DNA from: Bacteroidales bacterium | Lineage (GTDB): Bacteria; Bacteroidota; Bacteroidia; Bacteroidales; WCHB1-69 | NCBI GenBank assembly: GCA_017649855.1 | Contig: JAGCGA010000019.1 | Location: 7,645-71,644 of the forward strand | Length of the DNA: 64,000 nt | Reading direction: 5' to 3' | In this document: positions 17,538 to 26,391 of the stretch, one piece after another | Numbering within the stretch: the stretch's first letter is position 1 | How the letters are laid out: the number at the start of each line of letters is the position of its first letter | Made by a program: the position numbers and the translations under genes | The notes under the pieces: generated by a model | Database searches by the model: none | Seen by the model: the letters and a program-made list of their open reading frames with translations, nothing else | What the model was told of the DNA's origin: nothing

Positions 17538-18176
17538 ATGATGAAAAATATCATGGATTTTTGGCGCAATGAGTGGGATGCTGTCGCCGATACGAGTGAG
17601 GTGACGGAGTCGGAGCAGAGCAATATTAAGGAGGTTAAAATTGTAGTTTCGTCAGAAGTAACCGGTAGAGCAAAAACCTGGAGTTATCCTTATGATGATG
17701 ACAATTTTTACGAAATTCCCACGTATAAATTGTTACTGATAGGAATGATTGGTTATCAAAGGATTATCCATATTTATAATGTTCTTCGATTTGGTGTTAC
17801 CAGAAAAACCGCAACAAGTCCTCCTTATGTTTGTGGTTTGGCAGACAAACAACGACATATCATAAAGCAATGGATTCCGACGTATAAAGTTCATAGTGCA
17901 GCGTCCAATGAAATAGGAGCATGGCAAGTGTATGGAAACTTTTTAATACATGATGGTCCAGACAACCCATTACAAGAATGCTATGCAACAGTTGGATGCA
18001 TTGAAATATTTGGCGGGCCCCAAGGTTTTGACAGGTTTAATGATGATATTATCATTTTTTCCGGAATACAAGGAGGAACTCGTTCAGAACAGCTTGTACG
18101 AATCGGAAAATCGGGCAAGCTTGTTATTGAGTATGAAAAAGCTGATAGGCCTCCACTGGTCTCATTTATTTCATAG
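17538..18176 (+). CDS. Signal-less protein with an L,D-transpeptidase (YkuD)-like catalytic motif; candidate peptidoglycan-targeting effector
   Basis: 212 aa from MMKNIMDF. The longer track ORF from 17442 would read through the hairpin, so it was trimmed. FLIHDGPDNPLQECYATVGCIEIFGG gives His and Cys 16 residues apart in an (I)H(D)G ... (T)xGC(I) context, as in YkuD-fold enzymes. There is no N-terminal hydrophobic segment. Confidence 0.5.
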   Translation: MMKNIMDFWRNEWDAVADTSEVTESEQSNIKEVKIVVSSEVTGRAKTWSYPYDDDNFYEIPTYKLLLIGMIGYQRIIHIYNVLRFGVTRKTATSPPYVCGLADKQRHIIKQWIPTYKVHSAASNEIGAWQVYGNFLIHDGPDNPLQECYATVGCIEIFGGPQGFDRFNDDIIIFSGIQGGTRSEQLVRIGKSGKLVIEYEKADRPPLVSFIS

Positions 18177-18183
18177 AGAGATT

Positions 18184-18609
18184 ATGAAAAGATTATTAAT
18201 GTTGTTTTTGTTGTTCAATGTTTGTACTATTTGCGCTTTCTCGCAATCATACTCAGATACGAGTTGCTATGTTAAAAATATTATTCCTGAAAATGATTTG
18301 AAGGGAATTATTCAGCTCATAGAAAACAGCGGCTTCCAATATATAACATCGAAAGGAAGTGCAGAATCTGGATATTGGATTATTGACAATTGCGTAATAC
18401 CAACTCAAACCCTTCTGACTTGTGTGAGCTTCAAATTCTCATCAACGAAAAAAGCGACAAATAAGAAAATGAAGTTTCAAAAAAGAGGAAACAAGTTAGG
18501 TCGATATGAAATGATTGAAATAGTTCTCAATCATAATCGCGTGACAATTCGTCAACGAGACAATATTTTGGATTTCATAATTGAGTATGAAACGGATAAT
18601 TCTAACTGA
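18184..18609 (+). CDS. Small secreted or periplasmic protein; candidate cognate immunity protein
   Basis: 141 aa from MKRLLMLFLLFNVCTICAFSQ, a signal peptide. It starts 8 nt after the upstream stop. The track ORF from 17950 overlaps the previous gene and was trimmed to the signal-peptide start. Confidence 0.5.
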   Translation: MKRLLMLFLLFNVCTICAFSQSYSDTSCYVKNIIPENDLKGIIQLIENSGFQYITSKGSAESGYWIIDNCVIPTQTLLTCVSFKFSSTKKATNKKMKFQKRGNKLGRYEMIEIVLNHNRVTIRQRDNILDFIIEYETDNSN

Positions 18610-18686
18610 TAACCTTATTAAAGCTCAAATATCTCCAATTCAGGGCGTCATACAGCTGGCATTGAAATAGTTGAAATCTTCGGGAC

Positions 18687-18720
18687 AAAAAAACGGGCAA
18701 TCCTCTTCAGGGTTGCCCGT
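18687..18720 (-). terminator. Intrinsic terminator of gap
   Basis: On the reverse strand: ACGGGCAA-N12-TTGCCCGT followed by T7. Confidence 0.75.
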
Positions 18721-18743
18721 AAGAAATCGGAAAAGAAAACCGG

Positions 18744-19823
<1,080 letters not shown>

Positions 19824-19826
19824 TCA

Positions 19827-19834
19827 TATATTTG
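19827..19834 (+). promoter_or_regulatory. -7 box TAtaTTTG upstream of ackA
   Basis: TATATTTG followed by CCGCC, 34 nt before the ATG at 19869. It is divergent from the gap promoter. Confidence 0.55.
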
Positions 19835-19868
19835 CCGCCTAATTTGTACATCAAATAAAAATATCGAT

Positions 19869-21068
19869 ATGAAAATCTTAGTTTTAAATTGTGGCAGTTC
19901 CTCCATCAAGTATCAGCTGCTGGAGATGGAACCGCAACCGGAATTGAAGGCCAAAGGTCTTGTGGAAAGAGTCGGATTGGAAATGGGTGAATTCACCCAT
20001 AAGCCGGTCGGAAAGGACAAATACAACACGCAGACCCCCATCCCCACGCATGAGGAGGGTATCAAGTTGATCTTGGAAGCTTTGACGGATCCCATTCACG
20101 GCGTGATTTCCTCTTTGGATGAGATCAATGCGGTAGGACACCGTGTGGCGCATGGCGGTGAGTATTTCAAACAATCCATGGTGATTGGGGACAAAGAGCG
20201 TGAAGAGATTGAAAAACTCTGCACCTTGGCCCCGCTGCACAATCCCGCCAGCTTGACCGGTATTGATGCGATGAAGAAGTTGCTCCCGAATGTGAAGCAT
20301 GTGGGTATTTTCGATACCTCCTTCCATCAAACGATGCCCCCGGAGGCATTTTTGTACGCGCTGCCATACAGCTATTATACCGAGAAGAAAATCCGTCGTT
20401 ACGGTTTCCATGGCACCAGCCATAAATATGTAGGACCCAAGGCAGCAGAGTTGGTGGGCATCCCGTATGAGACCGCCAAGATTGTCAGCTGCCATCTGGG
20501 CAACGGTGCCTCCATCTGCGCTATCAAGAACGGCAAATCCATCGATACGTCTATGGGCTTCACCCCTGTTGAGGGTCTGATGATGGGTACCCGTGTGGGT
20601 GACATCGATGCAGGAGCGCTGCTGTATATCATGGAGAATGAAAACCTCAATACGAAGGAGACGAATACGCTCATCAACAAAAAGAGTGGTCTGCTGGGCA
20701 TCTCCGGCAAGAGTGTGGATATGCGTGACATCCGTGCCGGTCGCGACAGCGGGGACGAACGCTCCACCAATGCCTTCAACATGTTCGCCTACCGGGTGAA
20801 GAAATATATCGGAGCCTACGCGGCGGCCATGGGTGGTGTGGACATCATCCTCTTCACGGGCGGTATCGGCGAGAATGCCTGGTTCCAGCGCGAAGCCATT
20901 TGCGATGGTCTGGAGTTCCTTGGCACGAAACTCGACAAAGAACTCAACCAGAAGTTCGCCGGTGAGGATGGCATCATCTCCACGCCGGAATCCAAAGTGA
21001 AGTTGGTATCTGTGACCACCAACGAAGAGCTGGTGATGGCCATGGAAACCTATCAGTTGACGAAGTAA
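19869..21068 (+). CDS. ackA: Acetate kinase
   Basis: 399 aa with MKILVLNCGSSSIKYQL, HRVAHGG, FDTSFHQTMP and GFHGTSH. Confidence 0.97.
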   Translation: MKILVLNCGSSSIKYQLLEMEPQPELKAKGLVERVGLEMGEFTHKPVGKDKYNTQTPIPTHEEGIKLILEALTDPIHGVISSLDEINAVGHRVAHGGEYFKQSMVIGDKEREEIEKLCTLAPLHNPASLTGIDAMKKLLPNVKHVGIFDTSFHQTMPPEAFLYALPYSYYTEKKIRRYGFHGTSHKYVGPKAAELVGIPYETAKIVSCHLGNGASICAIKNGKSIDTSMGFTPVEGLMMGTRVGDIDAGALLYIMENENLNTKETNTLINKKSGLLGISGKSVDMRDIRAGRDSGDERSTNAFNMFAYRVKKYIGAYAAAMGGVDIILFTGGIGENAWFQREAICDGLEFLGTKLDKELNQKFAGEDGIISTPESKVKLVSVTTNEELVMAMETYQLTK

Positions 21069-21111
21069 TCGTCGGCTGTTGGTCTTTAGCTATTAGCTAT
21101 TGCTGAAGAAA

Positions 21112-21145
21112 AAAGAAGAGCGTCGGTTAGGCGCTCTTCTTTTTA
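21112..21145 (+). terminator. Intrinsic terminator of ackA
   Basis: AAGAAGAGCG-N9-CGCTCTTCTT followed by TTTAT. Confidence 0.75.
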
Positions 21146-21385
21146 TGGGAATAAATATATTTGATAGCACGCTGCCAGCTATCTGACGTCGGATCATAAG
21201 TACCATCCTGTAGATAAAAAAAAGGTAATTATATACATGATGGCACAAAAATGATTGTGAAAACAAAACCTCGTTGCTTGAGATTTCTTTGCAAAGAGCA
21301 ATCTTTTGCCTTATTGTAAATACCTGTATGTTAAACAATTATAGTCATTAACTTTTCTCTTGATAGAAAAGTTACAAAAGATCAA

Positions 21386-21640
21386 GCCGACATGAAATCC
21401 GCCCGCTCTGTCCGCCCTCTGACAGCGTCCATTCACGCCGCGTCCGCACCGCATGTCGGCCTGCCCGCCCGCGAGCTCTATGGGGAAGTGTTTCGGAGAA
21501 ACACTATCCTAATAACCCCTTATAAGGTGTCAGCCGCAATATGGGGTACAGGCTACGCGCGGGGAGCATGTCGCGGCGCAGGGAGTCCGTGCCAAGATGA
21601 TGATCCGAGCCGCCGCGAAAGGGAGTGTGTGCCATCAGGT
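21386..21640. ncRNA. GC-rich, highly self-complementary non-coding element; candidate structured RNA of unknown class and unknown strand
   Basis: It lies between the convergent ackA and peptidase terminators in otherwise AT-rich spacer. Perfect helices seen by eye: GCCGACATG (21386-21394) with CATGTCGGC (21452-21460); AGTGTTTC-GGAG-AAACACT (about 21487-21506); GGGG (21482) with CCCC (21516); and TCGCGGCG (about 21570) with CGCCGCGA (about 21610). The only ORF (21392-21646) is Arg/Ala/Gly-rich and looks non-protein. Confidence 0.35.
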
Positions 21641-21650
21641 ATATAATTAC

Positions 21651-21682
21651 CAAAAAAAAACAGGCGCCCGAAAAGGCGCCTG
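21651..21682 (-). terminator. Intrinsic terminator of the C10 peptidase gene
   Basis: On the reverse strand: CAGGCGCC-TTTTCG-GGCGCCTG followed by T9. Confidence 0.8.
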
Positions 21683-21704
21683 TGAAAGTATAGGTGAAAA
21701 CTGA

Positions 21705-23984
21705 TTATTGGATGATCAGTTTTTGGGTGCTTTGTCCATCGTTAGACTTCAGATTCAGGAAGTAGATGCCTTCGGAAAGGTTGCTGGTCTGCATTTGGAA
21801 CACCTGCTCGCCTCCGTTATAGTTGAATTGCTCGGTAGCCACGGTCTTGCCAGCCATATCGACGATGGTGGCGGAGATGGTTTGAGCTTCCTCAGCGGTA
21901 ACGGCAATGTTCACATAGGTATTAGCAGGGTTAGGATAGACGTTCACTTCCATATTGTTGAAGTTCTCAATACCGGTATGGCTGGTATGATAGTTCATCA
22001 CAAAGCCGGTACCCTCCTGATCGTTGTCGGAGGCGAAGCGTACATAGAGCTTGGTAGCGTTCAGGAAGTAGTAGTCATTTTGCAAGGAAGCGGCATCGTT
22101 GATGTCAAAATGACGATAGAGCACAGGGTTGTTGGTGGAGGTGTAGTCATAAACATCCACGAAGTCACCGGCCTTAAGGTCAAATTTGCTGAAGGAGAAG
22201 ATATAACCGGTAGCGCCAGTAGGACGGATCTGCCAGCCGCAAGTTTGGCTTGGGCGATAAGGATTGTCATTGTTGGCGGCATTGCCCGGCTTGTCAGAGA
22301 TGGTACCCGTTTCAGTGGTCATCATCTGCATGTTGGAGCAAGAAGTGGAAGAGGAAGTGAAGGAGGTGGCCTCAAAGTTCAACACGAAACCATAATCCGT
22401 CTCAGAGTTGGCGGTGGAGGTGAAGGTGATCAGCACACTGTCGGCAGTAACCGTAAGGGCGCCAGGCAGAGTCTCACCGACAAAGTCACCATGAACACCA
22501 CCGGAAACACCGCTATAGTCGTTACAAGCAGCCATCAGATAGTCGCCGCTGTAAGATTGCTTGATGCCGGAAGCTTCCGTGCCACCGTTATAGATGTTCA
22601 CTTTGTCACCGGATTTCACTTTCAGTTTGGAGAAGGTGAAGCGGTAGGCCGTAGCGTTGGGGGAGGAAACCACCCATCTGCGGTTAGAGTTCGGGGCATA
22701 TTTCATGTTGCCGGCACCATCGCTGATGGAACCAACGTTGGCTGTGATTCTCGTATCGCTGACAGCGGGTTTCTCAATATTGGCCGAATCCGGAATCAGA
22801 TTAACCATCATGCTGTTGCTCCCGCTCTCATTGAAGTTGCCGGAATGGGTGTTTTGGTTGGTGAGAAGGAAGAAGCCGTTGTCATAGCCGCCCCAACCCC
22901 AGTTAACGTGGAAATAGGTGTTGGAAACCTCGTCTTGGGTGATCGTGGTGTAGCCGTCCACAATCCAGGCGTGACCACCATCCGTGGCATTACGTCCGGA
23001 GAAGAACAGCGGACGGTGTTGGTTCAACTCATTCACAGCCTGATCTACCCAACGATACATAAGGTCTGCAGAAGGAGCTACGTCTTCAATTTGGCTGAAC
23101 TTGCCTGCATTGCTATACTTGAAGAAGTTCTGGAGAGCATCCATAGCATATTCAGACTGGGAGCCAGAACCGTCGTGACCATAACCCATACGAACAGACA
23201 CACCGCAGTGGAACAACATCTTGGCAAGTTCTCCATTGTAGGAAGAGAGACTGTTGGTCATGTTGTTGTAGTTGTAAGTGGCTTGGCCGAAGTTGATCAT
23301 TTGAGGAGGATAGGTGTACAACAGGTTGCCATCGTCATCATACTCCTTGGGAATATAGTACAGGGAACCATTACCCGTCTCCGGATAACGATAATAGTAC
23401 ATGATGTTACCCATAGTCAGAGCCACACATCCTACATAAGCACGCATGTCAAAGTCAAGATTGCTCAGCGGGTTGTAAGGACATTGGGCGTTGTAATAGG
23501 CGTCCTGATTCCAAGTGGTGGTCACCAAAGGTTGCACACAAGGGTTGCCTTTTTCCGGACGAGTCACCGTGAAGTTGTCATTGGTATAATAAGCCCACAG
23601 ACTTCTGCCAGGAAGAGCGGTGGAAGGGTTCTCAATCAGGTAGGTGAGGTCGTTTTTGTATTGGGTGCAATACAAGTCTGCGCCAGTACCAGGTTTGAAA
23701 TTGCTTTCCAAAGAGTAGGCCAAAATCGGGGTGGCCAGGTCCGTTGCGGAAACAATCACAAAACCTTTATTGCCTATCTGAAAACGATAGAAGACGGGAT
23801 CGCCCGACTCGGTGTATTCGGTATAGACGAGTGTAAGATCCATACCCTTGGCATCCGATACACCAACTCGTTCGGACAAAAAGTTTTTGGATGCTTTCAT
23901 AGCGGTTTCCACGGGGATGACGTGTGATGCGAAACCCCAGATAGAAATAGCTAAAAGACAAACTAAAAGAGTAAGTTTTTTCAT
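21705..23984 (-). CDS. Peptidase C10 (streptopain/SpeB-like) cysteine protease with two CUB-like modules and a T9SS C-terminal sorting domain
   Basis: 759 aa. It has a signal peptide, an N-terminal inhibitor-like propeptide, the catalytic Cys context YVGCVALTMGNIMYYY, and the His context GGHAWIVDGY. Two related ~110-aa modules follow (..YRFTFSKLKVKSGDKVNIYNG.. and ..YIFSFSKFDLKAGDFVDVYDY..). The C-terminus VNVYPNPANTYVNIAV...GIYFLNLKS..STQKLIIQ is a type-A T9SS CTD. Confidence 0.85.
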   Translation of the reverse strand: MKKLTLLVCLLAISIWGFASHVIPVETAMKASKNFLSERVGVSDAKGMDLTLVYTEYTESGDPVFYRFQIGNKGFVIVSATDLATPILAYSLESNFKPGTGADLYCTQYKNDLTYLIENPSTALPGRSLWAYYTNDNFTVTRPEKGNPCVQPLVTTTWNQDAYYNAQCPYNPLSNLDFDMRAYVGCVALTMGNIMYYYRYPETGNGSLYYIPKEYDDDGNLLYTYPPQMINFGQATYNYNNMTNSLSSYNGELAKMLFHCGVSVRMGYGHDGSGSQSEYAMDALQNFFKYSNAGKFSQIEDVAPSADLMYRWVDQAVNELNQHRPLFFSGRNATDGGHAWIVDGYTTITQDEVSNTYFHVNWGWGGYDNGFFLLTNQNTHSGNFNESGSNSMMVNLIPDSANIEKPAVSDTRITANVGSISDGAGNMKYAPNSNRRWVVSSPNATAYRFTFSKLKVKSGDKVNIYNGGTEASGIKQSYSGDYLMAACNDYSGVSGGVHGDFVGETLPGALTVTADSVLITFTSTANSETDYGFVLNFEATSFTSSSTSCSNMQMMTTETGTISDKPGNAANNDNPYRPSQTCGWQIRPTGATGYIFSFSKFDLKAGDFVDVYDYTSTNNPVLYRHFDINDAASLQNDYYFLNATKLYVRFASDNDQEGTGFVMNYHTSHTGIENFNNMEVNVYPNPANTYVNIAVTAEEAQTISATIVDMAGKTVATEQFNYNGGEQVFQMQTSNLSEGIYFLNLKSNDGQSTQKLIIQ

Positions 23985-24034
23985 ATATGAAACGGTTTAG
24001 TTATTAATATTTTTCTACTTTACCAAATGAGCGA

Positions 24035-24042
24035 CAAAAATA
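24035..24042 (-). promoter_or_regulatory. -7 box TAttTTTG (reverse strand) upstream of the C10 peptidase
   Basis: The reverse complement of CAAAAATA, about 51 nt upstream of the ATG. Confidence 0.5.
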
Positions 24043-24122
24043 AAAAAAATTTTCAAAGTTAACACATGGTTGAAATCTTTCCTAACATCCTTAGAATAAA
24101 GATGTTATGGAAAACCCCATCG

Positions 24123-25154
24123 TTAGAGTAATTCGATATCCACACCTTTTTGGTTGGTGACTTCTCCAATAATAGATGCTTTTTCGCCCAGGCGGGAGAA
24201 GTTGTCCACAATCTGGTTGGCGTCTTCGGGTTTGGCAATCAGGATCATGCCGATGCCCATATTGAAGATGTTGAACATTTCGCGATGCGGGATGTGGCCA
24301 TATTTTTCCAGCAGGTGGAAGATGGGCAGGATTTCCCAGGAGCCTTCCTGGATGTGGACGCCCTGATGGTCTTTGAGCATGCGGGGGATGTTTTCGTCAA
24401 AGCCGCCGCCGGTGATATGGCAGATAGCGTGGACGTCGAATTTTTGGAGGATCTCCAAGACGGGTTTCACGTAGATACGGGTGGGGGTCAGCAGGGTGTT
24501 GCCGAGGGTGTCGGCCAGCCCTTCATAGGTCTTGTTCAGGTCCAGGTGGTTGTCTTTGAGGACAATCTTGCGCACCAGGGAGAATCCGTTGGAGTGCACA
24601 CCTGAGGAGGCGAGGCCGATGAGGACATCTCCGGTTTCCACTTTGGTTCCGTCGATGAGTTTGGAACGCTCGACGCAGCCCACGGTGAAGCCGGCGATAT
24701 CGTATTCATCCTCGTCGTACATGTCGGGCATCTCAGCGGTTTCGCCACCGATGAGGGCGCAGTTGGAGAGCACGCAGCCATCGGCGACCCCCTTGACGAT
24801 CGTTTCAATCTTGGTGGGATCGTTCTTGCCTACGGCGACATAGTCGAGGAAGAAGAGAGGGGCGGCGCCTTGTGCCAGCACATCATTGACGCACATGGCC
24901 ACGGCATCTTGGCCGATGGTGTCGTGTTTGTCCATCATGAAGGCCAGTTTGAGTTTGGTGCCCACGCCGTCGGTGCCGCTGACCAGGATGGGTTCCTTGT
25001 ATTGCAGGGAGGCCAGGTCAAACATGCCTCCAAAGCTTCCGATATTGCCCATCATGCCAGGGCGGTTGGTCCGGCTGATGTGTTTTTTGATCAGTCGTAC
25101 GGATTCGTAGCCAGCTTCCAAGCTTACACCGGCGTCTTCGTAAGTCTTTGCCAT
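24123..25154 (-). CDS. purM: Phosphoribosylformylglycinamidine cyclo-ligase (AIR synthetase)
   Basis: 343 aa with [17 protein letters not shown] and GGETAEMP. Confidence 0.96.
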   Translation of the reverse strand: MAKTYEDAGVSLEAGYESVRLIKKHISRTNRPGMMGNIGSFGGMFDLASLQYKEPILVSGTDGVGTKLKLAFMMDKHDTIGQDAVAMCVNDVLAQGAAPLFFLDYVAVGKNDPTKIETIVKGVADGCVLSNCALIGGETAEMPDMYDEDEYDIAGFTVGCVERSKLIDGTKVETGDVLIGLASSGVHSNGFSLVRKIVLKDNHLDLNKTYEGLADTLGNTLLTPTRIYVKPVLEILQKFDVHAICHITGGGFDENIPRMLKDHQGVHIQEGSWEILPIFHLLEKYGHIPHREMFNIFNMGIGMILIAKPEDANQIVDNFSRLGEKASIIGEVTNQKGVDIELL

Positions 25155-25173
25155 AATATTAGAGTTTTTTCAG

Positions 25174-26247
25174 TTAAATAATCAACATGGCGTCCCCATA
25201 GGTCAGGAAATGGTATTTTTCCTCTACAGCCAGCCGGTAGGCATTCATCACAAAGTCGTACCCACCGAAGGCGGCCACCATCATCAGCATGGAGCTTTGG
25301 GAGGCGTGGAGGTTGGTGACCATGGCGTCTGCCACCATGAACCGATAGGGAGGATAGATGAATTTGCTGGTCCAGATGTCCTCTTTCCCGTTCATGTGGG
25401 TGGTTTTGACATGGCCGTTGGAATAGACGGAGGATTCCAGTGCCTTCATGGTTGTGGTGCCGACCGCGACGATCTTGTGGCCGGCGTCTTTGGTATCGTT
25501 TATGGTTTGGGCCACTTCAGGCAGGATGATCATCCGTTCGGAATCTGGCTTGTGTTTGGAGAGGTCCTCCACATCGATGTCGTTGAAGTTGCTCAGACCT
25601 GCATGCAGGGTGATGTAGGTGCGTTCCAGTCCCAGCAGTTCCATCCGTTTCAGCAGTTCGCGGCTGAAGTGGAAGCCGGCGGCAGGGGCCACCACGGCGC
25701 CCTCTTCGGTGGCATAGAGGGTCTGGTAGTTTTGGGCATCCTCCTCCTCGATGTTGCGCAAACGCTGTATGTCGTCCGGCAGGGGAGTGGTGCCAAGGTC
25801 CATCAGCTTTTTCTTGAAGGCGTCATGATCCCCGTCAAAGAGGAAGCGGAGGGTTCGTCCGCGAGAGGTGGTGTTGTCGATGACCTCCGCCACCAGACTG
25901 TCATCTTCACAAAAGCTGAGCTTGTTGCCGATGCGAATCTTGCGGGCAGGATCCACCAATACATCCCAAAGCCTACTCTCCTCGTCCAACTCCCGAAGGA
26001 GGAAAACGCGGATTTTGGCGCGCGTCTGCTCCTTTTCCCCAAACAGCAGCGCCGGAAATACCCGCGTGTTGTTCATGACAAAAAGATCCCCTTCGTCAAA
26101 GTAGTTAACGATATCTTTAAATAACTTGTGCTCAATGGTTTTCGTTTTTCTGTTGAGCACCATCATACGCGCTTCGTCGCGCTCGTGTTCCGGATGTAAC
26201 GCTATCAATTCCTGAGGAAGATAGTACTTGAATTCTGATAATTTCAT
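25174..26247 (-). CDS. queA: S-adenosylmethionine:tRNA ribosyltransferase-isomerase
   Basis: The start is moved to MKLSEFKYYLPQELIALHP, the canonical QueA N-terminus. The track ORF extends 18 codons further upstream, through the predicted promoter. Confidence 0.95.
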   Translation of the reverse strand: MKLSEFKYYLPQELIALHPEHERDEARMMVLNRKTKTIEHKLFKDIVNYFDEGDLFVMNNTRVFPALLFGEKEQTRAKIRVFLLRELDEESRLWDVLVDPARKIRIGNKLSFCEDDSLVAEVIDNTTSRGRTLRFLFDGDHDAFKKKLMDLGTTPLPDDIQRLRNIEEEDAQNYQTLYATEEGAVVAPAAGFHFSRELLKRMELLGLERTYITLHAGLSNFNDIDVEDLSKHKPDSERMIILPEVAQTINDTKDAGHKIVAVGTTTMKALESSVYSNGHVKTTHMNGKEDIWTSKFIYPPYRFMVADAMVTNLHASQSSMLMMVAAFGGYDFVMNAYRLAVEEKYHFLTYGDAMLII

Positions 26248-26391
26248 ATAAAAAAATTGGCTGGCAAAATTACAACATTTTCCAGCGTTTGTCAAGCACA
26301 AAATGCACTTTTTTAAAATGTAATTATTTTATGATATTATACAACGGGGTATTGTCTTTTTTACTACTTTTGCGGTTTGAAAATTTTAGTG

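Noticed and set aside
17442-18176. The longer 244-aa version of the YkuD-like ORF starting at 17442, and the 219-aa version of the downstream ORF starting at 17950.
   Set aside because: The 17442 start lies inside the preceding small ORF and would read through the perfect 28-nt hairpin. The 17950 start would overlap the upstream gene by 227 nt and bury the obvious signal peptide internally. The internal starts at 17538 and 18184 give sensible proteins.
21386-21640. Whether the GC-rich element is RNase P RNA, tmRNA, SRP (4.5S) RNA, or a cobalamin or TPP riboswitch.
   Set aside because: No GGAAAGUCCGG (P4) or ACAGAACCCGGCUUA-type RNase P motifs are present. There is no tRNA-like GGTTCGAATCC 3' end and no tag ORF for tmRNA. 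No GGUCCGGAAGGAAGCAGCC SRP domain IV motif is present, nor a B12 box or a CUGAGA TPP motif. Both neighbouring genes converge on the element, which rules out a cis-acting leader. This is only an inspection by eye; a covariance-model scan is still needed.
21392-21646. An 84-aa ORF (MKSARSVRPLTASIHAASAPHVGLPARELYG...) inside the GC-rich element.
   Set aside because: The composition (Arg/Ala/Gly/Pro-rich) looks like random translation of GC-rich DNA, and there is no promoter-proximal start context. The DNA is packed with perfect inverted repeats, which is better explained as RNA or DNA structure.
21708-23927. A 739-aa ORF on the + strand covering almost the whole C10 protease gene in antisense.
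   Set aside because: Its translation is low-complexity (G/V/H/R-rich) with no signal peptide, motifs or domain logic, whereas the minus-strand product has clear protease, CUB-like and T9SS modules. It is most likely a shadow frame produced by the codon bias of the real gene.
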